From contig JBMFOM010000070.1 in the NCBI GenBank assembly GCA_049969615.1, positions 1 to 11,257 on the forward strand: a stretch of DNA of 11,257 nt, given 5' to 3'. A program made the translations under genes and the position numbers. A model generated the notes under the pieces. The model did no database searches. It was not told where the DNA came from and saw nothing but the letters and a program-made list of their open reading frames with translations. Source of the DNA: a candidate division WOR-3 bacterium (GTDB lineage Bacteria > Hydrothermota > Hydrothermia > JBDRYB01). Shown piece after piece: positions 7,719 to 11,257 of the stretch (its first letter is position 1; each line of letters begins with the position of its first letter).

Positions 7719-7793
7719 AAGGCCTATCCCCCGGTCCGCATGGGACGCGGAACCGTGTTCCCGATGGAGTAGCGCGTGGCCGAGGCCGCGGAT

Positions 7794-7799
7794 TAAAAT
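7794..7799 (+). promoter_or_regulatory. -10 element for a probably leaderless mRNA
   Basis: TAAAAT lies 6 nt before GTG 7806. No Shine-Dalgarno, and no convincing -35. Confidence 0.5.
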
Positions 7800-7805
7800 A
7801 TGGCA

Positions 7806-8786
7806 GTGAAGGTCATAATCCCCGTTGCTGGCAAAGGAACCAGGCTATATCCGCTCACTCACACCGTGCCGAAACCGCTTATTCCGGTTGCTGGAAAAGC
7901 TATTCTGGGTCACATGCTGGACAGGCTCATTCCACTCGGCCCCAGGAGGATAACCCTCGTGGTCAACCCAGGAACCCAGGATATGATAAAGGATTACGCG
8001 GAACAGGTCGCACCTGGCCTCGTTGAGTGTAAGGTTCAGGATGTGCCCATGGGAATAGCCCACGCTGTTATGTCCGCTGGCATTGAAGCTGGCCCAGTTC
8101 TCATCATCCTCGGAGACACCATAATTGACGCGCCGCTCGTGGACTGGATAAAGGAAGGTGATTTTATGGGGGTCAAACCCGTTGATGATCCCAGGAGGTT
8201 CGGCGTCGTTGAGCTCAGCCCTGATGGCCGGATAACCTCGGCTGTTGAGAAACCGGATGAACCCAAGAGCAATCTTGCCCTTGTTGGACTTTATTATCTA
8301 TCGGATGGCGCTAAGCTCATGGGTGCTATAGAAAAGCTTATAGGTTCCGGAACCAAAACGAAAAACGAGTATCAGATAACTGATGCGCTTAACCTCATGC
8401 TGGAGAGTGGTTGGCGTCCCTATGCCAGGGAGATAGACGAGTGGTTTGATTGTGGCAAGATAAGCTCCCTATTAGAATCAAACGCGCTATTGCTTCAGAA
8501 ATATCCACCTGGGGTTCCGTCCCTGAAGGGCGTGGAAATAGTTCCGCCGGTATCAATTAGTTCCACAGCTTCCGTGGTAGGAGGGAGGATAGGGCCTTAT
8601 GTGACGGTTATGGAACGCGCGACCATAACCCAGTGCGAGCTGTCCGAATGTATCGTGGGTTCCGGGGCATCCTTAGAGAACTGCCGGATGAAAAACAGCG
8701 TGATTGGCAGAAATGCCACGATAAAGGGTTTCGTGGGATCACTTTCCGTTGGAGATGATTCAGTTGTTAAGGGTTTGCAGGGGTAG
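7806..8786 (+). CDS. Sugar-1-phosphate nucleotidyltransferase (glucose-1-phosphate thymidylyltransferase long form, with C-terminal left-handed beta-helix)
   Basis: Motifs KVIIPVAGKGTRLYPLTHTVPKPL, ILGDT, DPRRFGVVE, EKP, EYQITDAL and WFDCG, plus a hexapeptide-like tail. GTG 7806 gives the typical MKxIIP start. ATG 7800 is the alternative. Confidence 0.92.
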   Translation: MKVIIPVAGKGTRLYPLTHTVPKPLIPVAGKAILGHMLDRLIPLGPRRITLVVNPGTQDMIKDYAEQVAPGLVECKVQDVPMGIAHAVMSAGIEAGPVLIILGDTIIDAPLVDWIKEGDFMGVKPVDDPRRFGVVELSPDGRITSAVEKPDEPKSNLALVGLYYLSDGAKLMGAIEKLIGSGTKTKNEYQITDALNLMLESGWRPYAREIDEWFDCGKISSLLESNALLLQKYPPGVPSLKGVEIVPPVSISSTASVVGGRIGPYVTVMERATITQCELSECIVGSGASLENCRMKNSVIGRNATIKGFVGSLSVGDDSVVKGLQG

Positions 8787-9591
8787 GCCTCTATGCCTTC
8801 CCTGGTTTATCCCGGGCCTAATAACCCTTCTGCTCGCGCCCATTTCTTGTCAGAAGGGTTCCGGAAATGCAAAAAAACCAACCCTGGTCTCTTTGAACCC
8901 AGCGGCCACCGAGATGATTTTTGCGCTGAGCGCGGAGGATCACCTCCTGGCTGTTTCGGATTTCTGCGACTGGCCACCAGAGGCCCAGAATCTTCCAAAG
9001 GTGGGAGACCTGATAAAACCCAACCTTGAGAAAATAGCCCGGCTAAGGCCGGACTATGTAATAGTGTTTCTGCCAACCCAGGCAAGGCTTGCAGATGACA
9101 TCTCCAAAATTGGCCTGAAAACCCTTGATGTATCCCCTGAGACCGGAGATGAGGTTCTCCTTGAAATTGAAGACCTCGCGCGCGTCCTCGGCGTGGAGGA
9201 AAGGGCCAGGACCCTCGCGGACAGCCTGAGGTCTGAACTCTCGGGAATAGAAAAGCCTGCAAATTCACCATCCGTGTTCATAGAGTTAGGGATTAATCCT
9301 TTATACACCGCTGGCGCGGGGACGTTCCCGGATGACCTGGTCCGTCTCGCGGGTGGCACGAATGTGTTCTCGGATACTAGGGGCTATTTCCCTGTCCAGG
9401 AGGAGGAGGTTTTGAAAAGGAGACCCGAGGTAATTGTGCTCGCGCACGAGGAAGGGCCCTCCCCTGGCGGGAGGATGGGCTGGAAGGGCTTGGACGCGAG
9501 AGTTGTCAGGGTTGACTCGGATCTGATAACCAGGCCAGGCCCCCGGTTCGTCCAGGGGGTAAAGGCCCTAGCAGAGGGATTCGGACCATGA
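8764..9591 (+). CDS. Cobalamin/iron-siderophore ABC substrate-binding lipoprotein (BtuF-like)
   Basis: Motifs VSLNPAATEMIFAL, VSDFCDWP, PNLEKIARLRPD, AGGTNVF and RPGPR, plus a lipobox-like LLLAPISC. The start is uncertain among 8749, 8755 and 8764. TTG 8764 has GGAG 9 nt upstream and overlaps the previous gene. Confidence 0.88.
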   Translation: MLRVCRGRPLCLPWFIPGLITLLLAPISCQKGSGNAKKPTLVSLNPAATEMIFALSAEDHLLAVSDFCDWPPEAQNLPKVGDLIKPNLEKIARLRPDYVIVFLPTQARLADDISKIGLKTLDVSPETGDEVLLEIEDLARVLGVEERARTLADSLRSELSGIEKPANSPSVFIELGINPLYTAGAGTFPDDLVRLAGGTNVFSDTRGYFPVQEEEVLKRRPEVIVLAHEEGPSPGGRMGWKGLDARVVRVDSDLITRPGPRFVQGVKALAEGFGP

Positions 9592-9743
9592 AGGAAATTC
9601 CGGAACACGCATTCATCATCCACAAGCACAGGGCAAAGAGGGCAGGCGTTCACTTTGATTTGCGCGTGAAGGAGGGCGATGGTGTTTTCGTCCTAGTTCA
9701 CACCGGGGATAACAGGTTCATATTCATGCGGGGAAAGGAATAA
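9588..9743 (+). pseudogene. 51-aa ORF resembling an internally deleted LigD 3'-phosphoesterase (PE) domain
   Basis: Translates as MKEIPEHAFIIHKHRAKRAGVHFDLRVKEGDGVFVLVHTGDNRFIFMRGKE. The start overlaps the upstream stop (ATGA). It carries the PE motif FxIxxHxAxxxxxHxDLR, followed directly by a PE-like C-terminal beta hairpin. Confidence 0.7.
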
Positions 9744-9834
9744 TGGGGGGCGTAGTTGGTGATTACTGGTTAAACCCGGGACCGTGGCCCGACAAATGAT
9801 CCGATAACCTGTGAATACTGGTCCCGCAAAAATT

Positions 9835-9860
9835 GTAGGGGCAGGTCCCTGTGACTGCCC
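9835..9860 (+). repeat. GTAG-family REP-like palindrome, single copy
   Basis: GTAG-GGGCAG-gtccctgtga-CTGCCC lies between convergent genes and overlaps the downstream stop codon by 1 nt. Confidence 0.5.
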
Positions 9861-11257
9861 TAATTTCTGGGACGGATTTTCTCAATACGGCGGCGAGATT
9901 GCCACAGGAACATTCCCGCCAGCAAGACTAATAGCGCGTCAGCTGGGTGCCTCATCCGCGGCACAGCCATTGGCCCGGGGATAAGTATGAAATAAAGGGC
10001 AACGAGGGCCAGCATCCAGGCAAATGGTTCTCGTCTGTTCCTGATGAATCCAAGGAGTGCCAGCGTATAGAGCACCAGCTGATAAAAGAGGGCCACGATC
10101 CAGAAACCGGTTCCCCACCAGACAAGACCCTCAAACATTTTTCCAATAAGCGCGGTAGGCCCCTTAGTAACCAAGAGTCTGAACAGCTCTGGCCCTGATC
10201 CGAGCCTCTTGCCTTGCATGAACAAGTTGTGGCCATATACTGCTGGCAAGCGATACGGGTGAACCGGCCCGAGAAGGCCTAGGGTTCCCTTAAGGTGCTC
10301 CGAAAGATAAAGGCCCGGGTTCTTCAGAATGTATCCAAAGCCGATTCTTGCGAGATCACGCCATTTCCGCGGGTCTTCTTCAAATGCCCAGATGTCGTCT
10401 TCGTCCTCAGCCAAGACACCCCAACCGTATTTCTCTGAGGTTTTGTTAAATATTACTATGTCTGCTTGGCGCAGGGTTATGCCGCGCTGGGCCGAGACCA
10501 CGGCCGCGCCGTTGTAGTAGGCCATGTTGACCCACTCCACGGTGGAAAAGAACGGGAACCCATAGGTGATCCAGTTCCTGAGGAGCCAGGGCAAGACAGC
10601 GGCCGCAAACCCTCCGAGGGCAATATGCCATCTCTTCCTAACAAATGGCAGTATAAGGGCTGGCAAGTAGAGGCCCACGGGCCTGGTTAGCGCGGCAAGC
10701 CCCAGGCAAAGACCCCCGCCCAGCGCGATAAGCCAGGAAAACCTTTGCTCCTGGGGCCTTCCCGTGCCTGTCCTCCTTTTCCAAGCAAATTCCCAGCCTG
10801 GCCAGAAAAGAAGCAGTAGCCCCATGATGAGGGAGAATGTGAAGAGGGTCTCGGTCATCAGTTCCTGGCAATATACGAGGGACAACGGGTTAAACGCATA
10901 TAAGAGACCCCCAAGGAGCGCGCCACGGGGCCATCTTTTTCTCAATACCAGATAGACCAGGAAAGCAGTGGCCGCGGCCAGGATGTCGTTTGCCAGGATT
11001 CCCCATATGGGTGTTGGGCCGAGCGCTTTGTAAAGGATGGCCAGAACCACGGGAAATCCTGGCGTCCTGAAACAATCCGGAATAAATGGCGGATTCGGGT
11101 AAAGGGAAAAGCCGTGCCCGGCCACGAGGTTCAGAGCTATTCGGTGATACCCGATAGCGTCTCCATATGCTGGCAGGCTCATCTCCGGCTTCCAGATGAA
11201 CGGGATGCTCATCGCGAATCTGATGGCAAGTGCGAGACCGAAAACCAGGAGCGCCTT
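9860..11257 (-). CDS. Polytopic membrane glycosyltransferase, GT-C fold (GT39/ArnT/PMT-like), 5' end outside window
   Basis: The frame is open to the edge (KALLVFGLALAIRFAMSIPF...). Motifs GDAIGYHRIALNL, FRTPGFP, ELMTETLF, LAALTRP, PWLLRNW and a late PRMRHP. Many transmembrane segments. Confidence 0.88.
   Translation of the reverse strand, partial: KALLVFGLALAIRFAMSIPFIWKPEMSLPAYGDAIGYHRIALNLVAGHGFSLYPNPPFIPDCFRTPGFPVVLAILYKALGPTPIWGILANDILAAATAFLVYLVLRKRWPRGALLGGLLYAFNPLSLVYCQELMTETLFTFSLIMGLLLLFWPGWEFAWKRRTGTGRPQEQRFSWLIALGGGLCLGLAALTRPVGLYLPALILPFVRKRWHIALGGFAAAVLPWLLRNWITYGFPFFSTVEWVNMAYYNGAAVVSAQRGITLRQADIVIFNKTSEKYGWGVLAEDEDDIWAFEEDPRKWRDLARIGFGYILKNPGLYLSEHLKGTLGLLGPVHPYRLPAVYGHNLFMQGKRLGSGPELFRLLVTKGPTALIGKMFEGLVWWGTGFWIVALFYQLVLYTLALLGFIRNRREPFAWMLALVALYFILIPGPMAVPRMRHPADALLVLLAGMFLWQSRRRIEKIRPRN

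Noticed and set aside
9743..9799. 18-aa ORF MGGVVGDYWLNPGPWPDK coupled by TAATG
   Set aside because: Too short, with no recognisable similarity. It does not supply the missing phosphoesterase core.
1..11257. CRISPR array, tRNA/rRNA, retroelement or defence system
   Set aside because: I saw no spaced direct repeats, cloverleafs, reverse transcriptase or nuclease motifs on either strand.

Overview
This is a bacterial chromosomal window. It opens with the 3' part and right end of an IS1634-family insertion sequence. Unrelated housekeeping and envelope genes follow: a stand-alone V/A-type ATP synthase subunit A, an Omp85 (BamA/TamA) outer-membrane protein, a secreted beta-propeller, ribA, a hypothetical protein, a sugar-1-phosphate nucleotidyltransferase, a BtuF-like lipoprotein and a GT39/ArnT-like glycosyltransferase that runs off the right edge. 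I see no RNA gene, CRISPR array or complete new multi-gene system. The most notable signals are small-scale. (1) Three genes have a -10 hexamer exactly 6 nt before the start codon, which suggests leaderless mRNAs, and two of these sites are 16/18 nt identical. (2) Two exported proteins have very short signal peptides with no basic n-region. (3) A 51-aa ORF missing from the ORF track looks like an internally deleted LigD 3'-phosphoesterase. (4) There is an orphan T9SS-like sorting domain. (5) There are several palindromes, including a GTAG REP-like unit. The organism is inferred to be a diderm, possibly FCB-associated such as WOR-3; this is unverified.
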